DNA of 64,000 nucleotides from Tubulanus polymorphus (Eukaryota > Animalia > Nemertea): assembly GCF_964204645.1 (NCBI RefSeq), contig NC_134026.1:23966150-24030149 (forward strand). Reading direction: 5' to 3'. The number at the start of each line of letters is the position of its first letter. Position 1 is the stretch's first letter. The position numbers and the translations under genes are program-made. Under the pieces are notes generated by a model. It saw nothing but the letters and a program-made list of their open reading frames with translations. It did not search any database and was not told the origin of the DNA. Below, piece after piece: positions 19,621-31,500 of the stretch.

Positions 19621-19877
19621 AAGAATCAATTGATACATGTACGTATGAAATTCCGTATTACAATTATAACTTCGCCTTCATGTGACGATCGTGGAAAATA
19701 AATAACACTGTATATCAAATGAATTGTTCGAATTATTTGTTTATTGAAAAAGATCAACAAACTACAAGCAATCATAAAACAATATAAAACAAAAATACTA
19801 AATGTACTTGTGATATATCTACGGTACCTATCTTGAGGTATTTATGAAAATGTTCGGACTCTAAAAAATATCCTAAT

Positions 19878-20634
19878 TCAATCATTGCGAGTATGATGAA
19901 CTAAACCCTCTTCATCTTTTCCTAGTTTCGGTTTATATAGCTTTCTTATGGTTTCGTTCATTATATAATCGACCGATCGGTCAATCGGTTTAATTATAAA
20001 CGGAATAGAACCTAAACCGATGGCGGTCGTTGTCCATTTCTGCGCAGCCGCTGGAAGAATTTTCGTTTTTCTGAACACAAACAAACTAAAAGCACAAATT
20101 CTGTTTATGGTGAAACCTGGTATAATGACCGATGCCAAGCCCTGCCACATCATGGTATCCCCAACTGCTCTGACAATTTTTCTCGTACGAATTTGATTTG
20201 ACGGCCAATCTTCCTAAATGAATATACATGTAGAAATTGAATCAGATGTGCAACGATATTATTCATAAAACGGATGCGCCAATATCGATATTTATACCTG
20301 TGCGGCATGATACCCTTTATGGGCCGAATCAGCTACTACATAACCGCTGGCAACAGCATAACTAGCTCTGACAGCGGCGAGAGGGATCAATGCGCGGAAT
20401 GCTTCACCGACTTCATTGGCATAACCTGCAGTTCCGAATGAAATCCAAAAGTATTTCGACCATCAACTTCAATCAATTTATTATCATCATTTTTCAAATA
20501 ACAAACGAATGAATCGCCGTACCTAAATAGCGTACAGGTGTATGTTTGAAAACATCATGACATTCCTTATGCGAAGATTCCACACTGATCATTTCAACTT
20601 TCGATGGTAAAATACCGCTTGTTTTTTCTGTCAT
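19878..20634 (-). CDS. MTFP1: Mitochondrial fission process protein 1 (MTP18), ~191 aa
   Basis: Exons 20634-20523, 20425-20298, 20213-19878: DVFKHTPVRYLGYANEVGEAFRAL...YVVADS...DTMMWQGLASVIIPGFTINRIC...IPFIIKPIDRSVD, the MTP18 signature motifs. Confidence 0.95.
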
Positions 20635-20920
20635 TGCGATAATTCTACCAGTGTACTACATGGAAATATTCTAAAGAAAAAGTATGGAAAATTTGAAAAC
20701 GTGTAGTAAACAGATCTAAACTGTATAAAATATGCATAATTTCATTTTCAAAACCTTGCCCCGCAACCGTCCGCATTTATTATTTTTTAAATTCATTTAT
20801 TGGAAATAAAATTATTATTATTATCAATCTTCAACAGAATATTTCGTCATGAAGAGGTTTTGAGGTTTAGAAATGAATTAATAGACTACATTTTACAGTA
20901 TAAAAACATAACATTTGCAC

Positions 20921-21016
20921 TTCGAATAGCCCGCGTTATTCACGCCGCGCCAATTAGCCCGCGTAAATGTAGCCAATCACAATCGGTTGCTACAAGCGCC
21001 AGTGTAAATAGCCAAT
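20921..21016 (-). promoter_or_regulatory. Three CCAAT boxes plus a CDE/CHR-like element upstream of MTFP1
   Basis: CCAAT on the + strand at 20950, 20973 and 21012; minus-strand CGCGG-GCTA-TTCGAA at 20935-20921 (4-nt spacer). Confidence 0.5.
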
Positions 21017-21437
21017 CAGGTGCTGTCGGGCCATAGCGATGTGGATCTTGGCATCTCTTCTCTTCTCGATATCTATAATACGTAAGCGTGCACCATCTGT
21101 TTAAAAACCTGGGAGATGTGGATATTTTTCGTGGACATCGTTAATTTTACTCACCTAAGATTCGCCGCACGCGACCCACGGCTGCACGATGCCTTGCAAG
21201 CTCACGACCTTTAATAGAAAGGTTATCTATAACACCACTCACGATGATATGGCGAACTAAACATTGGGTTCGAACCCCTACTCATAAAATCGAAGCGTAA
21301 AAACGCGAAACAGTAAATTGTCATTAAAGTAGAGTTTATTGTAAAATGCAATATAAAGCCATACATTATATTATAGGAATTCGTTCAAATAATCAAGCAC
21401 TTGAAGCCTGCTACTTCTATAGCCTGACACTGCTTGT

Positions 21438-21981
21438 TTAACCAAATAATCCACCATTATTGCCAACCTCATGTCTTGGGCGGTCATGAAAATTCACATA
21501 AATTCTGAAAAATGAAACCAACATTGTTTTGTATAGAATCTCGCAATAATTCGGCTCGACTTCGACTCTTCCCAAAAATGCAAAAATTACCGTGTAGGAC
21601 TTATGCCAAGGGCATTGTGCACAGCTTCAGTCAGTTCTGGGCAATATCGTCTATTTTCATCAGCGCTAATCTTTCCAATGGATTCCAGAGACATAACCGC
21701 ACAAGGATCAGTTGATCCACCAAAAGTCATCCGTTGACCACTATTCAAATGGATGCAAACATACTATAATAAAGAGTAAAATAAAGATCATGATTACAGA
21801 TATTGATTGAATAGAAAGTAAAAATTGGATTGTCATATTTTCAAATTAGTATGAAAATTAGAAAACATCTAACCCTTTTGTCTTTTCCCACTAATCTTGC
21901 TACCAGGTCAGTCAATGTAACCAGAAATCCATCTGGAACAGCGTCGTTAGCTACATTAGTGTCAATCCGTAACGTCGGCAT
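21438..21981 (-). CDS. MIF: Macrophage migration inhibitory factor (MIF/tautomerase family), 115 aa; missing from the ORF track
   Basis: Exons 21981-21874, 21763-21591, 21504-21438 splice to MPTLRIDTNVANDAVPDGFLVTLTDLVARLVGKDKR/YVCIHLNSGQRMTFGGSTDPCAVMSLESIGKISADENRRYCPELTEAVHNALGISPTR/IYVNFHDRPRHEVGNNGGLFG*; Pro1, K32, I64, Y95, N97 present; minus-strand AATAAA at 21340-21335. Confidence 0.95.
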
Positions 21982-22183
21982 TTTGCTGGGCGTGTATCAA
22001 ATGACGATAAGTTGTTGGGTTCGAATCCCAAATGCGATTACTAAGCAAGCATATAAAGTGGATAAGGTGTAAGGTGGATATTCTATTTCATATTCACTTT
22101 TGCGAATATTATCTTCATTGCCATCCCAAGACCAATGATATTTCGTGAAGTATTGTTTACAGTGATTTAAAAAATAAATTTAA

Positions 22184-22345
22184 TTTGAATTTGGGGTAGG
22201 ATAGGAACCCTTTATTCTCAGCGCTTGGTGTATGACTTGGTCGAGAAGAACAATTTGTGGGAATTTGAATGCGCCTGTTTATTAATTAACGCGAAAGCAT
22301 TGTTTTCAAGCGAGTTATGATTATATTTTCCTATGCTTAAGTGTC
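22184..22345 (+). promoter_or_regulatory. Putative KIF20 core promoter / non-coding first exon, divergent from MIF
   Basis: CHR TTTGAA at 22184 and 22264, E2F-like CGCGAAA 22290-22296, donor GTC|GTGAGT at 22345/22346 and acceptor TTTCGCCAG ending 22519, just before the ATG exon. Confidence 0.45.
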
Positions 22346-22561
22346 GTGAGTATCTTTTTATGTTACATGAATCTTTCAAGATATATGTGTGTGAAAACAT
22401 TGGGGATGATTTGGTTTATTTTTAAAGTCTTTGGATGTTGAACTTCAATCCAGTTCGACGACAACGAGACGACGGGCTAACCAATTTTGCTTTTATGATG
22501 ATTTACTCTTTTTCGCCAGACATTGTCTCTTCATACTACTGATTGAACTCTTGATTGAACG

Positions 22562-25500
22562 ATGTCGCTGTCAGATGATGAATCCGCAAGTACTCAATAT
22601 GATGAGTCTGCTACCAGCAGTGATCACGCAGAAAAAATTGTGGCAGCAAATTTCATGGACATTCGTAAAAACCTCAACCTTCACGAGTTTGCGACCCCAA
22701 AACCGGTCGATAATGTGGATCAAAGTGAGCATATGCGAGTATATCTTCGCATTCGACCGTTTTTGAAAGAGGAATTAGAAAAAAAAGAAAATCAGGTAAG
22801 AAAAAAACAATCTTAAAAAAGTTAATGAAAATTTATTTTTTGTTATTAGATCGAAGCTGACATCTGTTTTTTTTTTCAGGATTGCATAATTCAGGAAACT
22901 GAAACATCTCTTTTCGTACACGCGCCTAAAGACTCGATAACGTTCAAAAATACGGCACATGGCTGCGCAAAACTGAACCACAAATTTTCATTTTCAAATA
23001 TATTCAACGAAAATACGAGTCAAAAAGTATTTTTCAACCAGACGACATTGTCTACAGTGAAGGATTTCGTTGATGGGCAGAATTGTCTCGTTTTCTCTCA
23101 TGGCGTAACTAGTTCTGGAAAGACTCATACTATACTGGGTAAAAATCATGAGCTTTCAGTTATAGTTTTGTTCCTTTGGTTAATGAGTAGCTCATCAATT
23201 ACAAATTGCATTGTGTTCATTTCAGGGAATCCCCATGATGCTGGTATTTTGCCGAGAAGTTTGGATGTTGTATTCAACAGTATCGAGGGTAAACAGTGGA
23301 CGTCGATGACCCTGAAGCCGAAACTGTTCTGTGATGTTGCGCGATTGAATGCTAACCAGATCGAGGTTGAGAAACTAGTCAAACAGAAAGTATTTGCCAT
23401 GGCCTCTGATGATGTAAGTAGAGAAAAAGGGGAAGTAGGCCTACATGTAAAACAATAGGCTAGGCCTATATGATATATGCCTACAATTATAAAGAAAATA
23501 TGTTTAAAGGAAAAGCTAATTTTGTTTATAAATGATGAAATCCCATGCTTCGATAATTTTGTGGTTTCAAAATAATAAATTCTATTGTATAATTTAATTC
23601 TAAGTGTTGGATTTCTTCATTTATCTACAGTGTACACGGATTATAGTGTTTATTCGACTACTAATTTTGTTTGTTTCATTATACGATTTTGAAGGATAAA
23701 AAGTGCAGTGACCTGTTGGGGGATGACGTGGTGAGCTCTACCGATTCATCAATTTCATCGATCGTAAACGAAGATTCAACTGCCAAGGATTCCACAAGCA
23801 GAGAATCGGATATTGTAAACGGTAAAAACCTGTTAACTGTATTCTATTAGATAGTTTACAGTTTTAGGTGCCCTTAACTCCTTGAAAATCCCTTCTCTGA
23901 ATGGAAAATGCTTTTAAAGGTTTTTGAAACTCCTTTAATGTGAGCAAAACGCCTGAAACTCTTTTAAAACTTCCATTTTGAGAAATAGGTAATTATTTCC
24001 ATTCTCTCTCATTGATTTTGAATATGTATATCTAGAATTGCAGTCAGATATCGAAACATTTGAAGACCTGCAGAATCGTGAACGGGATGATGCAATCGTA
24101 GACATCGGTACACAAGGAGATATTCTGTTCTCAGTTTGGGTCTCATTTTGTGAGATTTACAACGAATTCATTTATGATCTGTTGGAATCTGTACCGAAGA
24201 AGAAGAAAGCAAAACGTCCGTCCCTGAAATTGAGCGAGGACAGAAATGGCAATCCGTATGTAAAAGGTAAACTGGAATGTCTTAATCTTTTCATTGTGTC
24301 TAGACCGTAGTGCCAGGTGTAAATAGGTGATGGACTTTGCTAGTAAGGTGTATCGCGGTGTATCAATGTAATTAGTTATAGGTTGTATTTACAAGGCTTG
24401 AAACGTGCTGTTATCTTACAAAAGAGACTATTAGTTATTAACGATACACCGCACTATTGCAGTATGCCCATTTAACAACACACTGGATTGGAATTTTTCA
24501 AAATTTTGAAATTATCTGCAGCACTTACGGGTAACAATTAGTCCTGACTTAAAGGGCTATGGCTATAACTTCCGACCATCAGCTATTGTTAAAAAGCCGA
24601 AATGTATGTACTGGATGTAATATGTTTGATGATGTACTTCTTGTAGGTTTGACATGGATAAACGTAATATCAGCAGATGAGGCATTTCAGATATTGAATA
24701 TAGGACAGCGAAATCTGCGCATTGCCAGCACGAAGTTAAACCATAACTCAAGTCGTAGTCACTCGATATTCAGTTTGAAGATTCTTCGCGTCGTCAAGAA
24801 AGAAAATCCAAATATGGCTCGGATTAGCATGTAAGTGAATTTACTAATGCATGTCATGCGTGAGGGTGAAATTTACGTTTTGAAGGGCATGGAAATTTTG
24901 ACCTCTTATGTGCCCATAAAGGTTATTGTTGGCCTGAATTGGGCGGTCTGCAGCTTCTTTTCATTGAAATAAGTGGTGGGTATTCCTTGAGAAGTGGTCG
25001 TAGAAATATGAGATTGGTTTTTGGACATAATCACTTTTAAAAATAATGAAACGTAGTAATGATTATTAACAAAATCAAATGAGTTTCTATAGTTGAAACC
25101 TAGTTTTTGAAACAGGACTTGGCTGCGTTGGTTGACTGACAATCCTTGAAATATTGTAGGTTATCATTCTGTGATTTGGCTGGGTCAGAACGTTCTAGGA
25201 AAACTCAAAGTAAAGGTGAAAGAATGAAAGAAGCAGCGCACATTAACACATCTCTATTGACTCTCGGACGCTGCATTGAAAATCTTCGTTACAATCAGCA
25301 CCACAAGTATGTTACAAGTCAGATTCATCTGAATTGATATACATGTGCACTTCCAGAATATTTATAATATTCTCTGTTATTCTCTGTCCTTTTTTAAACA
25401 GATCAAATCAAAAAGTGATACCGTTCCGCGAAAGCAAGCTGACGAGGCTGTTTCAGAGTTTTTTCTGTGGACAGGGCAGAGCATCGATGATAGTAAACAT

Positions 25501-28500
25501 TAATCAGAATGCCAGTATGTTCGATGAAACGTTGCATGTGTTGAAATTTTCGGCCATCGCTAAACAGGTATCTACATATTTGAAAAGCTTGACTAACCTC
25601 TTGTATGACTAAAATGCAGATATCTAGATTAAAGATTTTATCCTATCTTCATTTTGTAGGTTTATAATGTACAAAAGCCTGAGGTTCCCAAAGTTGAGCC
25701 GCGTTATCGGGCGCTATCCCTCGGATTAATGTCCAGTGTTGGGAAAAATACTCGAGCACGTGCTACATCTATTGCTTGGTGTTCACCAGGTTTGTTCAAT
25801 CAATTTTACTTAAGAAATGTCAGTTCTCAACTCAGTAATTTTCACCCATAAAAATGATAAGCAACCCGCCAGGTTACATTTGTGTATATTTGTTTTGTTT
25901 TAATGTTTTTTATATCAAATTAAAATCAGGCCTGTCGATTAAGGACATAAAACTAGGTATAATTTTATTGACATATTTCCCTGTGGAATTGGCCACCATT
26001 GGTTCATTATGAGTTAAATTCTTAAAAAGGGTATGTTATTGGACATTAATTCATGATTCTCACTATAATACAATACATATTCGTTATAGCTACTCAACAA
26101 AAACTCCTTGAAGAAGAAAGGTTGCAAAAACTTCAAGAAGAGATGAAGGAAAAAGATGTTTCAGTTAGTGAAGATCTTGATGTAACACTGGCTGACACAA
26201 GTTTTGCCGATCGTGAACGCGTATGTTATACTTAGAAATCGAACAGCAGTATCTTTAAAACATTTGTGGTCTCTCTATAATCCCCTTTATTAAAATCTAA
26301 ATAGGAGCTACTCGACGCTATTGAATTTCTGCAAAAACAACTCGTCAAAGAAAGAACTGAGAAAGTGCTGGTTGAGGCTCGTGTACGGGAGGAAGTCTGC
26401 GCTGAAATGAGTGAAATGTTTATAAAGATAGAACAAGAATGCAGGTTAGGAAGTGGGAAAGTGTGTTTTATTCGTCCATGAAACATTTTTCATTATATAT
26501 TGATTTATGGTATTTATTGGTATTTATTATAGTGAACGCATAGAAGAAGAAAGAGCGGCTGCCGAAGAACTAGCAGAACGGAAAATTGAAATGTATAAGA
26601 AATTTGTTCAACCCAATCGCAAGCGTGCTCGTCTCGACAACGGCAACGAAAACGAAGATGTAGTTGAAGAATGTGTGTCAGTTAACCAGTTGAAAGAAGT
26701 TGAAGATAAATTAAAGGTTTCCTGTTTTTTCTTCAATAGAAATTAATGTTTGAAATATTCCCTTCTGTAGTCGTGGATGATATAATTGTATCAGTATTCC
26801 TTTATTTGTTTTTATTTTTTCAACAGGAGCGTGACTTTTTGGTGAAACAACTCGAAGAAACTGTTGAAAATTTGAACATGGAGTTGGAAAGCACAAAGCA
26901 ACGACTGATTAACGTGACAGAAGATTGTGATGAGAGCAGAGTCGTGGTGTCCTCACTCAAATTTGAATTGGCCGACCTAAAAACTAAGATAACTGAGGAT
27001 AATCTAAGTTCATCTGAAAACAAAAATGTAAGTTACACACTCAAATTTCAAATTAACATCTTTACCGTACTTGGATAATCTTTTTCTCAATATTTCGCGT
27101 CTAAATTTAATTAACGAGTTTTAATTTTCCAGACTTCTGGAACTCCAGCTGCCAGATTGAATGATACGCTCGCGGAAATTTGCAACAATGAAATCGTAGA
27201 AAGGTTATCTCGCCAGTTGGAAGAAGCCCAAAGCAAACTAAAAGATCAGGTATGAATACGCACTAAGAGATTTTGTGAGTATGCATGTGTTGCGAGGGAT
27301 ATGTATATGTAAGTGTGAATATCTATATTCAGGAGAAAGAAACATCAGAATTGCAAGCAATGTTGACTGAGGCCGGTGATGCTTTTCTTGAGAAAGAAAT
27401 TGAAATTGAAAAATTAAAGGCGGCAATCATTGAAGATGAAAGACGCATCGAAGTACAGGTATATACATATACAAGCTGAAATAATCGGATATCAGTAGTT
27501 AAAGAAATGTTTTAAATTAGTATTTACCAGTAAATATGGGATACCGGCACTCACGGACACTAGATGGCACAACCAAACACTAGGTTACTTGTATTGAAAA
27601 TTAGTTCATTTTCAATGAAATTGATTTCCAAATCCAAAAATAATCAAACCAGTCTTTGAATAAGTATAAAATTCCCTTTCTCAGTCAGTATATGGTATAG
27701 ATATCACTTTGGATTACCAATGATGAAAGTTCATTCAAATTTAAGTGCAATGTGGGAGGGAATTGAAGCATGTTAACCCAGTGCCACTAGCGATCCTGGC
27801 AAATCGTTGCTGAATTCTTGCTTGCCACTAGCATTGCCAGTACCTCAGATCACCTGCTGAAGATTAAGGAGCACCAAACCTGGAAGTTAACAAAAGGAAT
27901 TCAAAATCCTTAATTCTCTATTTCAGGAGCAAACAGTGGAGGAGATGAAAAGAGTAATTGCTGAGGGGCAGAAAGCCATGGAAATTGCTGAACAGAAACT
28001 TCTTAGACGTGATGAGAAGCTCTCGAAATTGGAAGCCGGATGGGAACAACTGACAAGCAAGTTAAATGAAGCGCAATCTGTGATGGAGATATTAAAAGGT
28101 ACCGCTATGAATCATAATTCATTGCAATCGCTGATGTTGCCATCCATCATCAATAACTTTTCGCCTCAATTCTCGAGTACTAAGGATGCCGATGAAATCA
28201 TGCATGTCGCAAACGCTTTGTGTTTATCATCGGGGACAAAAACTGCCCGTAATCGTAGTAAACTGTCAAACGATTCGAACTATCAGTCTGGATCTGGCTC
28301 GCGTGATAGTGTAAGGACTTTCGATGGAAAAAGTAAAGAACCTCATATTTCTCAACCTGAATTATTATCACCGCCACTTGTAAATGTGGAATCCTTGAAA
28401 GACACTCCGTTAATCAGTAGTGCCATCGATAGTAAAAGACCCAGCCTACCACCTTTGATCGGCTGTGGCCATAAGCAAAATATTAGAGTTTCCTCCACTT

Positions 28501-31500
28501 GCCCTCGAAGTGTTAGAAAGCAACCGCCATCTTGCAATAAAGTCAGACATTCTCCTCGCACAACTGTGCGATATTCCAGTTGTCTCTCACCAAATGATAG
28601 CAACCCTATGAAAAACTCTAATTCAACTCCAACTAACAAAGAAAATTTGATTCATCGTCGCTATACTTCTCCAGTAGTATCTCCGAAAACTGTAGAAAAT
28701 ACAACGGGTGTCAGTCGTATATGTGGTTCTGCTAAGAAAGTAAGGGGAACTCCTAAACGATTTTTCCAAAATACTGAACATTCGATTCATAACCACCATA
28801 CTTCTCCAGTGACATCGCCAAAAACTCTGGAAAATGCAACGGGCCTAAGTGGAATATGTAGTTCTTCTAGAAAAGGAAGGGGAGCTCCTAAACTTTTGTC
28901 TCCGAACCCTGGTCAACCGATAAGTTATGGATTGCCTAGTCGTCATACAAAATCTAGTATCTTAAGAACAAGGCATAATGCATCGTCTGTATATGGCGCA
29001 ATACCACAACGTGATATAAAAAGAAAAAATCCCTTGAGGGGTGTTAAGGCTGGTCGAGTCAGTCGCATTCGTAGTAATATCAGTAACAGAAGTTTGCAGT
29101 CGGCTCTTCCTAGTGAACAGAAGTGCGCCATCCGAGTTCTGAAAAAATGATAATGTCTTGTATGATTTCAATTGAATTCCAGAAAATGTCTTTCAAAAAT
29201 TAATCATGAATTTAAAAGAAACTGAGACTGAGGTATAATGTTATGAATATTGTAATTATTGATGTATTTTTAATGCATAGTTGGGTTTTGTTTTTATGTG
29301 AATCATTATTACGAGAATATCTTTAGGTAACAAGGTCAATCAACTTGGCACCTAGAATCTTATATGTTATTATGATTTGTAAATTATTTTTTTTTTCAAT
29401 ATCAAGAACTAGAATACTTTTTATTATATCGTTTTCCCACCAAGGGCTCAAATGAAGGAGGCATAAGCATAATTGTGATTGAATTCAAGCTGTCTGACTT
29501 GGTAGTTGAAATTGTAGCTAATAACACTTTGGATTATCTCCTGTTCCTATCAGTACACCTAGTCTTCAATATTGTATAAAAATTTCCTCTGTCCTATATC
29601 ATGGAAGATAATCAGGATCGTGCCCGCCAGTTCTTGTTACTGTTGGGGCTACTTGAGTGATGTATATAATGATGTTAATGTGTTGTAAAGTATTTTATAG
29701 ATCATTGTGAATAAAGGGAAGTTATATAAATTAATCATCTGTTCTTGTTGTCTATTTTAGGTTTGTACACTTTTGGAATTGGCTCAGGAATAGTGAGGTT
29801 TACAGGTTTCTTGTCCAAGCTTGAAGAGTATTTGATATATGTGGCTAAATGGATTCCTATGATGTCATTTATCTCATGAGGTGGAACAATCACAAAGAAC
29901 TTCATACAGACAATTTTAATGCTTTGATTAAGTAATTCCAATACACCTTTTGATTCTTAAAATAATTCTGGTATCAGCTAAATTATCTCTTGGGTGGCTG
30001 ATAAGTCATGCCAGGGTTCCACTTCTGAACTTTAGTATAAGTATAGTCTGTTTCCAAGGAGGATAGGATTTAGCTGAGGAAATAATCATCACAAAAATGT
30101 AAGGTATAGATTGAATTTGACGAAGATACAATCCTTATACAGTACTTCCGTTAATTCTTTTCAGAATCTGAAAAAGCTTTCCATCACTTAAAAGAAGAAT
30201 ATGATTCAATGCAGAAGGCGTTTGAAAAGTCCAGACTAGAAAATAGTTCATTGAATGAAATGTGTGCTACACTGAAAGAAAGAGTGGAGGAAAAAACCAA
30301 AGAAGATGCAATGAACCAGAGTACTTTACATGACTTGGCTAATGAACAGCATGGTATCATTTTAGAATTAGAAAAGGAAAAGACATTGAAGGAAGTAGCT
30401 AATACTAAACTCTCAGAACAAGAGAAGAAGCTCTCTGAGTATGAAAATATTATCAAACAGCAGGAAAAAACTTTGAAAGATGTTTTATCCCTGAAGGAAA
30501 AACTTGAAGATGAAATTGAATTTGAGAAAGCTTGCTCGAAAGAACTAAGATACCAAGTTAATGCTTTAGAAGGAAAGATTTCTGATTATCAAAAAGACTC
30601 ACATAAAGATCTGGATAAAATTGAGGAATTATCGGCCAGATGTCATGAACTAACTGAGGAATTGAAACTGGAACAATTATCAGTTCTAGACTTGAATTCG
30701 ACCATGTCGCAGTTTTCGGTTATGAAACAAGAAGTAAATGATTTGAAATTAAAACTTCAAGACGTTAAACAGCAACTTGAAGACAGAGAAAAGGAGTTTG
30801 AGATCATCACAATTGAGTTGAAAAATGAAATAGCCGCTAAGAAAAAAGCTGAAAATTTGTTGAAGAACACATTGAATATGGAAAAACTGGTTCAGAATTC
30901 TCAGACAGTATTGTCCAACAATGATAGATTAAATAAGGAATTAGATGAAGAACACCAACTTAGGATTACTCTCGAAGAGACTATAACTAAATTAAACATC
31001 AAAATTGAAGGACTCCAAGCTACATTAGTAAAAGTTGTGGCTGAATCAGAAAGCTTGAATACGAAAGCTAAGGAACAATGCATCGTTCTGCAAGAGCATA
31101 AAGAAACCAGTCAGCGAATAGAAAAAGAGTTGAAAGAAGAGATTGCTGAACTTAAGGCATCTGCTGAACTTACATCTTACACCAATGAGGAAACTATTTC
31201 TGATTTGCAGCAAAAGATTGAAGATAATGAAAGTAAACTTGAAGATGTGCGGAATGAAAAATATTCCAGTGATGATGAGATAAAGTGTCTAAATACAAAA
31301 ATAACTGATTTAGAGCAGTCCTTAGAATTGATAGAAGCTGCTAAAGAACAATTTAGCATCAAGGCACAAAAACTCGAATCGCAAGCAGACATAGACAAAG
31401 ATTGCATTGAATGTTATTGTGAGAAAATTAAATCAATGGAAGAAACTATAGCTAATTTATCGAATCAACTTAGTCAAGAAAGTGGAGAACCAAAAGCCTA

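Noticed and set aside
21869-21877. CTAACCCT resembling a telomerase RNA template
   Set aside because: It is the reverse complement of the MIF exon 1 donor junction; no pseudoknot or H/ACA features seen.
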